Source: Squalus acanthias
Lineage: Eukaryota
Direction of reading: 5' to 3'
Length of the DNA stretch: 64,000 nt
Assembly (NCBI GenBank): GCA_030390025.1
Contig: CM059432.1
Location: forward strand, 21,764,001-21,828,000
A program made the position numbers and the translations under genes. Under the pieces are notes generated by a model that saw only the letters and a list, made by a program, of their open reading frames with translations, had not been told where the DNA came from and searched no databases. Position 1 is the first letter of the stretch, and each line of letters opens with the position of its first letter. Of this stretch, positions 21,971 through 35,641 are shown piece after piece.

Positions 21971-23660
21971 ATAGGACTCGAAAGCCAAGTCCCGCGGCGG
22001 GACATCTGCCCACCCAATATCCGTGATGCTGGAATTGCAGCTAATTAGAATATTTCTGGGCAGGACCAAGGCCCATGTTCCATCAGCAACTGGTAGTTTA
22101 GGACAGAAGGCACAGAAATTTCATAAGGGGCTGGGGGGGTAGGGGGGCAGGGGCAGGGACTGAGAAGCCTTATAGGATTGTTGTTGTAAGAAATATTGTC
22201 ATGATATTCATGATTTTTCTGTTGAAAACATGAAGTTGCACTGGATCTGAATAAGATGTTTGTGGAATTTGGACCCTCATGGTCTTTCAATGCTGAATGG
22301 AGTTGTACATGTATATTATGTGGAGTGTGCTGGTTATATGGATGTTGCATAGTCATAATCTGATCACACGTTACTGAAAGTCTCTCTGATGAGTTTGTCT
22401 CCCAGCATGTATCTGTTACCCTGCTGTGTCCTCCTCAAGTCTGAGTTCCTCTGTCTCAGGCGGTTAAGCTTCTGACTCGGTTTCCTGCTCAGAATCTTAA
22501 TTTTCAGGCTTTTAAAAAGGAAAATTTACGGAGGCCTTAGCATGCTAATGCAATTCTTCATACTCGATTGGTAGAATACTGGAGGGAGCTCCCGAGCCTA
22601 TCGAAGCACCTACATTTTCTTTTCAACATGCCAACAGCTGGTTCAATTTCAAGTGTGAATATAACTCTTGTTTTGGCCCTCTGCTTCACTGATGGTTTTT
22701 TTCAATCGTGTTAGCAGCTATTGTAGTATTGGAAACCCCTTGGATCCAAGAAGCCAGCCAGCGCCTTCTCCTTTATTTTGACAGAATGCAAGCACACTGG
22801 CCAGTCGCAGGAAGAATGAATCATGGCAGCTCCTTGGATACTGGGCATTGACCTGTAGACTGCTGTGCCTGTAGTCTTACACTGAATGGCCATTTGGATG
22901 TGAAATCCCTTTAGGCTGACATAATGATGTGGCTTGACAGTCGGGGCTGTTACGCTACATGAGTGAATCTATTGCTCCAAGACCTCATGGAAACCGATGA
23001 AAATGAATGGCCTGCCTTCAATTGTCTTTCTGTCGCATGCAATGAACTGGGCTCCCCTGGCAAACCGCATTAATAACTTGCCGAATGGACAGCAAACTGA
23101 CTAACATGGCTGAATTTCCCTATGAATGAATATTGCAAAATTGCACTTTCCCACCATGCAATTTTTTTTGTCCATTAAAGTTAATAGATGGAAAACGTGG
23201 GCTGGGAGTGTGTAGTTTTGTGATATGTGGTCTTGCCACACCCATGAGCAGCTCCATGAAAATTTTATTACCCACTTCTAGAAAATGTCATCTTAACTCC
23301 GTGTGGATTCAGTTCATCATTATTGTTTTTAACTATTGCACTTTCTGTTTCTTGCTGTGTGTCATTGCTTCTGTCTTTGCTTTACTTGTAAATAAATATT
23401 AGTTTAAACAAATGCATTGGTATTTATCATCTTTCAGAGCAGACATGGGGTATTCCACGTTATTTTCCATTGCACTATTTTGCAGTTAAGAGGTAATTGT
23501 GTCTTGTGAGCATGCTATTCCAGTCACAGCCTCCATAAAGGTTCAGATTTCAGCTCAGAACAGTCTCAGTCTGCTATGGAAACTGCCTTTCTGTCATGAG
23601 TACAAGCTGTTGGGACAAAACCCAAAGTGTCACGCTTGTATCGGTCACAGACTATACAGA

Positions 23661-25048
23661 TGTAAAATTCGCAATTATCGCGATTCGAAATAACGAGATA
23701 AAGCAGATTCGTTTCATCAGTTTTATTTCAACGAAATGCTGTCATGATTAAACAGGACACAGAAGCCTGTAAAATGGCCGTCGCACCTCGTGGCAGAAGC
23801 TTCCAGAATTTTCAGTGGGCAGACAAAATGGCGTTCGAATAAACATTTCAGAAAAGATTGGCTAATACGCAGCAAACACTGATAAAGACAGGATGCAATC
23901 TGTCTGCATTCGACACAATAGCAAAGATATAAGTGCTGGAATCATTTTCCATGCACAAGTAAGGACCATTGTACTGGGCAATCGAAGGCCCATCCAGATA
24001 CATCAATACGCAAATTCCCCACGGCTCTACAATGAGAGAGCCATTCACGGATGATTAAGTCAGTATTCGAGGAGGCCCCAAAACCAGTCAGGGAGACTCC
24101 TAGCTGGTTCGACAATGGGGAAAGCATTAACGGGTAGTTGGCCAGTTTAAGGTGCTACCGAAACCCATTACAAACAAGAATCACCCCATACTGGGAATTT
24201 TGAGCGCCAAGATTTTACAAAGGATGAACATTAAGATTGGGCGGGAGATAAGGAAAACACCGCACTATAACTATAGTGAACAAATGTCCATCGGTCTCTT
24301 GATTCGACTCTTGACTCGGGCTGAACTCTTGCTTATTATTCTCTTATCTGGCTGATGACTGCTGAACTCTTATTCGCTTGCCGCTTCATGGACTCGCTTG
24401 ACTGGTGAGCTTTTGATTGTCTCTCTGGACTTCTACAACCGTGTCCGAGCACTGTCGAGTTCTTCATGACAACGGGGAGCCCAGCCTGCTAGCCGGAGCA
24501 GAGAAGATAAACAAGTGGGGTACAGAGACCCCTTCCAACACGTGACAGTCAGGTGTTGCAGCGAAACAAGCCGAGTGCCTCGTTTAAAATTCTCCGAAGT
24601 ATCACGAGTGGTGAGCATGTTTCCTCGATCCTACAAATCTAGATTAGTGTAGGTATTAATAGGGGAGGGTGGTTTTTTCATTAAGGATAAATATAATATG
24701 TTCCCCTTTTTACGATGTGCCGTGCGTTCCTTATTACCCTAGACCAAGTTTTATGAATGTATGTATACTTGTACTGTCATTAATCTGTGCCTTTGACATG
24801 TACTTCATGATTTTGGACGTTATGCAATAAAGATTTCCATTTCGTACTATTCAACCGGGTCTATTTGAGTTTTTCTCTGCATTACTGCTCTCGCACCTAA
24901 GTCCAGTGTTAGAACCGTAAGGGCGAGTGGGTTGAACCACTCACAGGTGCTTATTGCAACAAGGCTGGCTGGAGACCAGAGCAAGCAATAGTATTAGGCA
25001 ACGAAGGCCTAACCCCGCACAAGCACCTACGAACCGTAACCCCTTACA
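23661..25048 (+). mobile_element. Solo LTR (1388 bp) with 4-bp TSD
   Basis: TGTAA...TTACA termini; CAGA at 23657-23660 and 25049-25052; AATAAA at ~24826. Confidence 0.88.
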
Positions 25049-25089
25049 CAGATAAGTCCCTATCTGTGATGGACTGTATAGCAAGGTGT

Positions 25090-25600
25090 CTATCCATGAT
25101 GGTGGGACTGAAGGCAATCAACTTCGGTCTTCCCAATGTTTAATTGGAGAAAATTTCAGCTCATCTACATCTGGATGTCGGACAAGCAGTGTGACAAAAT
25201 AAAGGCAGTGCAGCGGTCAAGAGAGGTGGTGGTGTGGTAGAGCAGGGTGTCGTCAGCGTACATGTGGACCCTGACGTGGCTTTGGATGTTGCTGCTGAGG
25301 GGTGGCATGTCGATGAGAAATAGGAGGGGCCCAAGGATAGATGCTTGGGGGGGCTCCAGAGGTAACGGTGTTGGGGTGGGAAGAGAAGCCATTGCAGGAG
25401 ATCCTCTGGCTACATCTGGATAGACAAGAGTGGATGCAGACGGGGAAAGTTCCACTCAGCTGGACAACAGAGGAAAGACATTGGAGAGAATGGTGTGGAC
25501 AACCGTGTTGAAGGTTGCAGGTAGGTCTAGAAGGATGAGGAGTGATAGTAGAATATGGAGACAGTCACAGGGGAAGCTGTTTGTAACTTTGATTTGGGCC
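25090..25600 (-). mobile_element. Decayed L2 LINE RT fragment
   Basis: PQASILGPLLFLI..HMYADDTLLY..CLSDI in ORF 25165-25455. Confidence 0.85.
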
Positions 25601-28244
25601 GTTTAGAAAAATCTGTCCGTGCTCTATGGGCAGACATCAGCCATTCGCTGGCTGCTGGTATCCAATTCTGGTCTCTGACCACTGGCATGTCTTGAGCTAT
25701 ATATTTGGATCGGCAAAAAAGTAATTAGTGAGCTGACCCACGTTATCGGGTGAAGGCGGCTGATTTGTGTATAGGCACACAGAAGCTTCGTGACAGTGAT
25801 CCCAATAGTTCTGTACTGGGGCTGCATTATCACCTCCTAAGGATAACAACCTATCTGTGATGGATTTTGTTGTAAGAACCTAATCTCATCTGTTATTGCT
25901 TTATGGTAAGCAACGATCATTGATCACTGGTAACCACGCGTCTGTTTCCAGGGCAACCACCTACTCATTTGTCCCTGATTATTCAATATTTTAACTACTT
26001 CATATTATATAATAGAGAGCACTTGTCGTGTCATTTTATTGAGTGCTTTGATTGGTGTGTGGGAACAACGTGGCTGCAAAATCATATCTGTCTTTATATG
26101 GTATCCAATGGTATCTGGTCATCATGTGACCATTGCTGTTGTCGTGACACTGCTCATTAGTCCCAGGTAACCACTGCTTATTGGTCATTGTTCAGGTCAT
26201 ACTTATTTACAACTGTTCACCAGTGAACCAAGCTACTTGTTTTGTCCCATTTATATCCATGAGGAACATCAGTAATATATTTATATCCAGTGGATCTCTG
26301 CACAAACACAATCGAAACATTTCTCAGGCATTTATCAATTATTTGCCTTGAACACTAAACCCTTGGGAACTGGCAGTATATAAATAAATGCCGATTCTTG
26401 TTATGTCCAGTATTCTTGAGGAAAGGGTAATGATATTTATTAGAAGCCATCAAACCTGTTCTTGAGTAATTGTTATTGTCAAGATAAATGCAATCTGTAA
26501 TGGGATTTCAACCTTAGAACAGTGTGCGTATTCAGCTCTTAAAGATTTATTGAGATACCAGAGGGGTAGTTTTACAAATTTGTGCCCTTGGCATAGAGCT
26601 TTACTCAGTAGGAGCACATATGGTGGGGGATATGAAGGTCCTTGAGAAGGTGCTGAGGAGGTCCAACAGAATAAATCCAAGTTTTAAGGCCCTTAGTTAT
26701 CAGGACAGGCTCAGAAAACTGGTATGGGGGAGGGGGAGAGGACGAATGCAATCCTGGTCAGGGGGTGGGGGGGGTGGGGTGGGGTGGACCCCAAGTTAGG
26801 GATGCCCAAGGATTGATTGTGGAGCCTGGAAGAGCATTCTTGCTTCTCCTGTGCTCCAAGGAAACCGTCATAAAATTATGTTCACACGCTGTTCAAAAGA
26901 CGCCTGTTAAAATGGCATGTGGAGTGAAGTTGACGAGAAGGCAGTGAGTTGCATGCTGCAACGATTTTAACAACCTGCACATCCCATTCTCATCAGGTGC
27001 GGGGGTTAAAATTGGGGCTCAAAATTCTGGAACTTATAGTCCTCCATCACCTTTCCTAACAGGAATGCATATAGTCTTTTTTTTCAATCTGCTCCACAGT
27101 TCTATCACTCTGTCACTAAAAAAAAGTTGCTTAAATTTTCAATTGTTCTTTGATCTCAACCACATCTTCCTTATTCTCCTCTTCTCGAGGGTAAATTCCT
27201 GGTTAAACAACAACCCTCTCAGTTCAAGAATCAGCCTCATAGTCATCCTCCGGACTCTCTTCAATAATTATACATCCTTTCTGTATTCGGGAGACCAAAA
27301 ATGATCACAGTATTCCAGATCCAACCTCAGAAAAGCCTCATACAACCTTAGCATTAGGGTCGAGTTTCCTGGCCTCCCCTGTCCTAGTGCTAGATAAGAG
27401 GAGTGCACCTGATGTATGCTGCTCTTGTTCAGACCCAGAAGGTCCAGTATTTCCAACCCCAAGCCATTTACTTGGCCCAAGGGCACCCCAAACCTTGGTA
27501 GGCCCGTCATAGACGGTAGGCCCAGGAATGTTACGGGCAGCTGCACATCTGGCCATGAGGATTGTGGCCTACTGGCTGATGATGGATATCAGTAGCCAGG
27601 AGGTCCCGAGTAGACATCACAATCCTGGGGGGGTGGGGATGTTGAAGATATTGGAGAAGACTAATTTCAAATGTTCAGCCTGAACAGGACTCATGATGAC
27701 TCTTCAGTTGGTGGGGAGCTCAGGAGCAGGCCTAAGAGCTGGCTTTTTTGGGGAACCCCTGCACTGGGGAGACCATCAAGCCTTCCATTAGGAAAGTTAT
27801 TTCAATGGCTTCATTGGGCCTGTTTTTACTGCAAGATAATCTGCACCCACCCACCAGGAAACTCCTGGAAATCCCAGGGCAATGTTAAAGCGGTGAACAT
27901 CCGGCCAAGTAACCGATCATTCTCCTGGAACAAAGGTCAGGGAATTCATTTTATTCTCTCTTTTTATTGATAAGTTACACAACTAGCTATACATCTCAGC
28001 TTTTTATTTAACTTTTTTGCTCACCTTTGAACACTGAACAGAGAGTTTTAATGACTTATCTCCCTAAACCCCCAGATCTCTTTCTCTCTTTCCTGCTCTG
28101 TTACTTCAATCACGTTACCATATGATATGTAATCTTCTTCTACCTAATGTCAGAACTTTACACTTAACACTATTGGATTCCATCTGCCACCTCTATTCAC
28201 ATTGACCTAGTCTATCCGGGTCCCTTTGGAGTATTGCACATTGG

Positions 28245-28965
28245 TTATCGGTATCGGCTCCCGCATCGTTAGCTCTGGTGTCCCCCAAGGATCTATCCTT
28301 GGCCCCCTCCTATTTCTTATCTGCATGTTGCCCCTTGGTGACATCATCTGAAAACACAGCATCAGTTTCCACATGTACGCTGACGACACCCAGCTCTACC
28401 TCGCTACCACTTCTCTCAACCCCTCCACGGTCTCTAAATTGTCAGACTGCTTGTCCGACATCCAGTTCTGGATGAGCAGAAATTTTCTCCAGTTAAATAT
28501 TGGGAAGATCGAAGCCATTGCTTTCGATCCCCGCCACAAACTCCGTTCCCTAGCCATTGACTCCATCCCTCTCCCTAACATCTGTCTGAGGCTGAACCAC
28601 ACTGTTCGCAACCTTGCTATCATATTTGACCCTGAAATGAGCTTCTGACCACATATCCGCCGCATAACTAAGAACGCCTATTTCCACTGATTATAATCGC
28701 TCAACCTTTGGTGGCCATGCCTTCTGTTGCCTGGGCCCTAAGCTCTGGAATTCCCTGCTTAAACCTCTCCGCCTCGCAACCTCTCTTTCCTCCTTTAAGA
28801 CGTTCCTTAAAACCTACCTCTTTGACCATGCTTTTGGTCACCTGCCCTAATTTCTCCTTATGTGGCTCGGTGTCAATTTTTTTGTCTTTTAATACTCCTG
28901 TGAAGTGCCTTGGGATGTTTTACTACGTTAAAGGTGCTATATAAATACAAGTTATTGTTGTTGTT
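28245..28965 (+). mobile_element. L2 LINE fragment (RT core plus 3' tail, internally deleted)
   Basis: SGVPQGSILGPLLF, MYADDTQLY..CLSDIQFWMSRNFLQLN; tail ggtgctatataaatacaagtt(ttg)n. Confidence 0.9.
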
Positions 28966-29375
28966 AGCAACATTGGCCACTGTACTCAACTTGGTGTCAA
29001 CTGCAAAAGCAAGGAAGTTATGCAAAGCCTTTATAAATCATTGGTTAGACCTCACTTCTGGGAACCACACTTTTGGAATTATGACAAGCCATTGGAAAGG
29101 ATGCAGAGGAAAATTACCAGAATGATACCAGGGATGAGAGGCTTCAGTGATGTGGAGAGACCAGAGAAGCTAAAATTGTTCTCCTTAGACTAGAGAAGGT
29201 TAAAGTGAGATTTAATAGTGTTCAAAATTATGAGGTGTTTCGATAGAGTGAATAAGGAGCAACTGTTTCGACTGGTAACCAGAGAACACAGATTTAAGGT
29301 AATTGGCAAAAGAACCAGAGGGGAGATGAGGGGAAACCTTTTTATGCAGCGATTTGTTATGGTCATAGAATCATA

Positions 29376-32152
29376 GGGTTGATTTTTCGGGGAGTCAGTG
29401 GGCGCGATTGGTGGCGGGTCGGATGGGAAAGCGTTTTTTTTACCCCAGCAGGTCCGACCTCGCTGTGAACCTGCCACCACGTGCCTTTCCCCGATGTCAG
29501 GTCTGTCAGCGCTGAGCAGACCCGGCACGCAGCAGGCGCTTTCACAACGGGGGACCCAATTCAGGTAATTAGTGGCTCGTTCAGAGCCACTAAAAAATGA
29601 ACTTGAGCTCACCTTCTGCATTTGACAGCTCGCCCACAGGGTCCACGCTAGTCGTGGGCCACGTCTGTCAAGCTGAGGCGAGAGTTCAGTGACCATTAAA
29701 TCAGCTGTTGAGTTGCCAGCTTTAAATGTACAGTAACAGCTCCCGCCTTACAAGGATATCTTCTCTCAGCCACAAACTCTTCCTCACTGCATTTCCACAA
29801 CAGATTCACCATGCTGCAAGTCTTTACACAAGTCTCCATCCAGTCTGACCTCATTACCTCTCTCACCATTGACAGATCGCTTCTGTCATCTCTACTTCAC
29901 CTGCCATCTATTCCATCAGCATGGGTGCCCTTTATACCTTGATCCTCAGAATCCCACCATGATCAGCCCCAACACCAGCAGTACCAGGCACACCAGCACC
30001 AACAACAACATCACCACCAAACTTCTCCTCGATCACCTGATGCTGCACAGGACAGAAGGCATCAGCACCTGACCACACTGCTGCCTGGGAGGCCAGGGAT
30101 GGCCGCAGCATGGCCAGATTTACGTCACTTGCTGCTGTAAACCCTGGCTGCCACATGATGTGCCACCCCACACCAACACCATAAAGCATCCCTACAATGC
30201 TCAAGCCATTCCTTTCACACTCATCACCATTGCGGGGGATACTGTTATGTCTCACCATTCACTGAAACTCACTAAGCCACTTCCAAAGGTGCACACAGAT
30301 CTGTCCAAGAACGCAAAGTGTTGAAAATAAAGGTTTCAATGTTTGACACCACATTAACAGAAACTTTACATGAACATTGCATAAAACACCCAAGTGCCTA
30401 CCCTTGTGTGTTGTTATTTGGTATGATAGTTGTGGTGGTTGAAGGTCAACCATCACTGCCCCAAGATATCGCTGCAGGAGTTCTTTAGGGCAGTGTCCTA
30501 GGCCCAACCATCTTCAGCTGCTTCATCAATGACCTTCCCTCCAACATAAGGTCAGAAATGGGGATGTTCGCTGATGACTGCACAGTGTTCAGTGTCATTC
30601 ACAACTCCTCAGATAATGAAGCGGTCCATGCCCGCATGCAACAAGACCTGGACGACGTTCAGGCTTGGGTTGATAAGTGGCAGGTAACATTCGCGCCACA
30701 GAAGTGCCAGGCAATGACTATCTCCAACCTCCAACAAGCGAGAGTCTAACCACCGCCCCTGACATTCAATGGCATTACCATCGCCAAATCCCCCACCATC
30801 AACATCCTGGGGGTCACCATTGACCAGAAACTTAACTGAACCAGCCACATAAATACTGTGGCAACAAGAGCAGGTCAGAGGCTAGGTATTCTGCAGCGAG
30901 TGTCTAACCTCCTGACTCCCAAAGCCTTTCTACCATCTACAAGGCACAAGTAAGGAGTGTGATGGAATACTCTCCAGTTGCCTGGATGAGTGCAGCTCCA
31001 ACAACACTCAAGAAGCTCGACACCATCCAGGACAAAGCAGCCCGCTTGATTGGCAGCCCATCCACCACCTTAAACATTCACTCCCTCCACCACCGGCGTA
31101 CCGTGGCTGCAGTGTGTACCATCTACAAGATGCACTGCAGCAACTCGCCAAGGCTTCTTCAGCAGCACTTCCTAAACCCGCGACCTCTTCCACCTAAAAG
31201 GACAAGGGCAGCAGGTGCATGGGAAGACCACTACCTCAAGTTCCCCTCGAAGTCACACACCATCCTGACTTAGAAGTATATCGCCGATTTTTCATCGTCG
31301 CTGGGTCAAAATCCTGGAACTCCCTCCCTAACAGCACTGTGGGAGTACCTTCACCACACGGACTGCAGCAGTTCAAGAAGGCGGCTTACCACCACCTTCT
31401 CAAAGGCAATTAGGGATGGGCAATAAATGCTGGCCTTGCCAGCGATGCCCACGTTCCATAAGCGAATAAAAAAAAAGTTTGGTATGATTGCACTAGGATG
31501 AGGGTGAGTGTGAGGGGTGGCTAGTGAGATGGGGATGTGATAATGTAGCTAGAGAGGGATGGGTGAGGTGCAAGGTAAGTGAGTAACGATGTGCAGGAGT
31601 AGGGTAGGGAAGGCAGAGTGATGGGGATGTGATGAGAGGCACGGCAGGGTGAGATTAGTGTGGTTTGTACTAACGTTCGTGATCTACTTAGATCATTGAA
31701 ATGTTTGCAGCGCTGCACCCAGGTCCTCCTGACCACATCCCTGCTTTTGCCCTCCTCTGCAATCTGCAAGCAGGCTGTGTTGATCTCCTGGGGAGGTCTC
31801 TTCCGCCCATGGGAAGGATAGAGGACCTCCCTGCGCGCTGTGACTCCCTCTATAAGCATATGGCGGGACTCATGGGAGAGCCTGGGTGCAGCCCTTGTCA
31901 GTGCTTGTCAATGCTGTAGATGTCAAAATAAAGTTGGCCATGGTCACTTTAAGGAAACTGGCTGATGACATGTCATCAAATGATGTCACCAGACCTGCTT
32001 CCTCTAACTGGCCAGGAAATGCGCTGGGCGGGCTTAACAAGCCCAATCTCAGGAAATTCATTTCAGAGGCTGGGATGGAGACAGCAATGGGGTCGGTACC
32101 CGCCACCGAAGTCGCCCGCCACAGACCCGCCGAGGTTCGTAAAATCGCAGCC
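29376..32152 (+). mobile_element. Decayed Harbinger derivative from a different subfamily, with a Myb/SANT exon remnant
   Basis: ATA/ATA flanks; loosely inverted ends GGGTTGATTTT / AAAATCGCAGCC. Minus ORF 31521-31859 (EGVTARREVLYP..QIAEE..RTWVQRCKHFNDL) is homologous to exon 1 at 9892-9656. Confidence 0.75.
30428..31477 (+). mobile_element. Family-B LINE, 5'-truncated, with TSD
   Basis: GMFADDCTVFS..; poly-A tail; TTTGGTATGAT duplicated at 30417-30427 and 31478-31488. Confidence 0.92.
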
Positions 32153-32354
32153 ATAGAAATTTACGACACAGAAGGAGGCCATTCCTCGATCTGGAATGCA
32201 TTGCTTGAAAGGGTGGTGGAAGTAGATTTAATAGTAACTTTCAAAAGGGAATTGGATATATACATGAAAAGCAAAAATTTGCAGGGCTATGTGGAAAGAG
32301 CAGGTGAGTGGGACTAATTGGATAGCTCTTTCAAAGAGCCGGAACAGACACATT

Positions 32355-33184
32355 GGACTGGATTTTTATGGGGAAGGCGGGTTGGAGGCAGGGGGCTCCG
32401 ATGCAGGCGGAAAACCCGGGAGAATTGGTTTCCCACAGGCCCTGCTGGTTTTAACGGCAGGGCCTTATTTGCATCTGAATCCTCTGTTTCCCGCCCGCAG
32501 CCAGCCAGATGGAGAGGCTGACTGGCTGCGGGCGGGTAGGCCTGCGGCACTACGCCGCACAGAGGAGGGAGGGAGGGACCGGGTGGGGGCCGGTGCCAGC
32601 CTTTGGGGGACCTGGGCGGGGGGGAGGTGAGGAAGATCGGGGCCAGTCACCAGAGGATCGTGGCCAGTCTGAAGATCATTGGGGGTGGGGGGGAAGGGAA
32701 GATCTGATCGGGTCCGGCCAACGGAGAATCGTGGCCGCCCTCAGGATGATCATGGGAGGCCGAGGGGGGGGGGTGTCCTGGAAGGTGATTGGAGGCTTCG
32801 TGAGGGGGTCTCCGATCGCGGGGGGTGGGCTCGGCAGTGACCCTGAGTCCAGGAGGTAAGTGTAAAGGCAGCTACCTCCTGGATGCAGCAGTCCTCACCT
32901 TGCTGTAACTGTTGGATTTTACGAAGTGTGTAAAACCCGACCAGATAGAGTTAAAAACAAAATGGTGGTTAAAGAAGAGATTTCCAGCCTCATTGTAATA
33001 TTTAAATTAACGTCCCGCCTCCTTACAGCGGGTAGGCTGCCTGCTCCCGTCCTGCCCCCGTCACGCCTCCATTAAATCTGGAAGTGAGCGGGCTGGAAGT
33101 GGCTTTAGATCGGGATTCCGATTTTTAACAATTTAACTACCCCCAAGCTCCAAACCCACCTGTTTTTTCAGGTAAAATTCCCCC
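32355..33184. mobile_element. GC-rich non-autonomous DNA element, probably Harbinger-type
   Basis: ATT/ATT flanks, interrupts a CR1 tail, degenerate TIRs. Its right end resembles 38540-38672. Confidence 0.6.
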
Positions 33185-33276
33185 ATTGGGTCATATGGCC
33201 TTTTTCTGTGCTGTAGAATTCTATGATGATTATATGATTCTTAGACATTTTCCATCTTGTAAACCACTTAAACAAT

Positions 33277-34264
33277 GGGCCAGAAATTCAGCTTTCCGGC
33301 TTCCTGCGGGTGCAAGCATCGCGCGCGTACTTGCCTACCGCGCCTGCAGTTGTGCTTTGGGCCCACGAGGACTTCGGGTCCTGGGCCTCCTGCGGCTGCC
33401 GGCGCGCAGTGCTTGCGTATCCCAGGGGCGCAGTTAATTCGAAGCGTCCCCTGGGATCACGTGGGCCATGGAGAGCCAATCCTAACAGGGCATTTTCATT
33501 CATAGATTTGACAGGAAGACCTGTCAAATCTATGAATAGAGATCGGCCCCTAAACCACACTTAAACTTCAAATAATTTTTTTTTTTAAATCACATTTTTA
33601 AAATAACTATAAGTTAAATAAATTAACTACTTCAAACAAAAATTTTAATTTTTGAAAAAATTAATTATACTTTTTGACGGTGCTAAAAACGGGGTTATGG
33701 GGATAGGATGGGATATGTTAGGGGGACTTAAATACGTGGGGTTACAGGGCTAGGGTGGGATATGTGTACTGTGGGGATTAAAGCAGGGACAGGGTACTGG
33801 ATTTGAATGATCAGCCATGATCGTATTGAATGGTGGAGCAGGCTCGACGGGCCGAATGGCCTACTCCTGCTCCTAGATTCTATGTTTCTATGTTTCTATG
33901 TTTCTATGTAAAAATAAACTTACCTTTCTTTAAAGTATCTAAAAAAGATAAACCTGTTGAAATTTTTTTTAATTGTAATTAATTAACCACTTACCTTGTT
34001 AAAAACAGGGCTTGCGCCTCCTTTTTAAATGTGCAGCTTCTTCATACTTACCTTCCTGGAGAAACCTGAAAAAAAATCTGAAGTTCGCTGCGTGCGCACA
34101 GCCTCTCCCGCGCACGCATTCGACTTCTGAACCCCTCCCTTCAGGGGAACGGAAGTTCCGGTTTCCCGCGCATGCGCAGTGCATGCAGGAAACTGGCACT
34201 TCAGGTGGCCTTACAGGTGAGTACACAGCGCGTACTCACCCGACAAGAGCCGAATTTCTGGCCC
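33277..34264. mobile_element. Harbinger-type MITE containing a CR1 tail insertion (~33690-33909)
   Basis: TIR GGGCCAGAAATTCAGCT / AGCCGAATTTCTGGCCC (16/17); TSD not evident; the inner insert ends in (TTTCTATG)n. Confidence 0.75.
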
Positions 34265-35641
34265 GTTAACGTGTTGTGTCATTGTTTTACCACATTGTTG
34301 TAAATTGTGATAAAAAGTAATAAGTAATAAGTTCTAAAATAAACAAAAGGGAAGATAGTAGAGTAATAGTTGAAAATTTTGCTTTAGGCACTACAGATAA
34401 AGAGAAAACAAAAAGATGTAAAGTTATTAAATCAGGAGAGATAAATAAGAAATTTGTGAGTAAAACATAAGAGCTGAAGGACAGGTAAGGGTGGGGGGCC
34501 CAAATGAGCGTTCTTTACACAAACGCACAGCGAATAAGGAACAAATTGAATGAACTGCAGGCCCAAATTCAACTTGGAGGGTATGAAATGGTAGCCATAA
34601 CTGAGACATGGCTGTAAGATGGTCAGGACTAGGAACTAAATATACCAGGTTATAAGGTCGACAATAAGGATAGGGGAAATTGTAGAGGGGGAGGAGTAGA
34701 CTTAGTGATTAAGGATGAAATCACTTCAATGATAAGAGAGGATATAACGAGAGGTAAGCAGGCAGCAGAGACTTTATGGGTAGAATTAAGAAAAAGGAAA
34801 GGATTTAAGACTGTAGTGGGAGTTGTGTATATAGGCCCCCTAGTAGCAGCTGTGAAGTGGTTGAATGTATAAATGCAGAGATTAGACAAGCATGTAGCAG
34901 AGTGGTTTTAATGGGGATTTTGGGGTAAAAATTCAGTTGGTTGCGCCTCCCGTTAGCGCCTTAAGAGGGCGCTAATGGGGCGCAAAGCCGCTAACGCCCG
35001 GGCGCAGCGATGTTTGCGCCGCTCGGGAACTTAACTAGAGATTGTGCGGCGGCGCTAAACTTTACCGCTGCGACCACCTGCGCGCGCAGATTGTGACATC
35101 ATTCCATGGTGCAACGACCTTGTGGCGCCCCGGAGCGGAAATTGAGTGGCGCCCCCTGCCTTACCGCCTGGCGCATCCAACGACCAGAAGACTGGAACGC
35201 TATCAATCGCTGTGGGGCTGGGGGGGGTGCTATTTAAAGGGGGCCTCTTCCTGTCTTTTATTATTGGTGGCATTTTTGAACTACGCATTCTGAGAGAGAG
35301 AGGGAGAGACTTCTGGAGAGATTCAACGTTGTGTGAAGGAGTTTTGGGTACTGAGCAGCACTTTGCAGGTTCATTTTGATTTGCCATTCCTTGTATCGAT
35401 TTAGAAGAGACTGTGGGGGCTGCACTCTGAGCTCTTTGCCTGGTACTCTCCATTGTTCTTTCCAGCACATTTGATGTGCAAGTCTCTCCAGGCCGAGATT
35501 CAAGGCTGCAATGAACAGGATGTGGATGGAAAGCAAGATTAACCATCCCCTTTAAGAACTGGCCCGTGCCATTGTGTGTGTGTCCCATTGCTGACTGACA
35601 TTACATGAGCTTCACCAGCGCTCTGAGTTAGCGCCTCACTC

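Larger units (their letters stand above)
28966..33240 (+). mobile_element. Decayed CR1 3' fragment split by nested insertions
   Basis: CR1-like sequence at 28990-29363, resuming at ~32189 (IWNALLERVVE..FKRELD) and again at 33185-33240 (tail). Confidence 0.7.

Noticed and set aside
22820..22895. Small hairpin (tgtagactgc..gtagtcttaca) as miRNA, snoRNA or SECIS
   Set aside because: The stem is short and bulged, with no box motifs or recognisable mature sequence.
25050..25866. Direct repeat CCTATCTGTGATGGA at ~25059 and ~25850 as a TSD
   Set aside because: It does not coincide with clear ends of a single element. It may be an old duplication but is unsupported.
25871..26445. Possible solo LTR (TATA-rich at ~26005, AATAAA at ~26383)
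   Set aside because: No CA end or TSD could be established.
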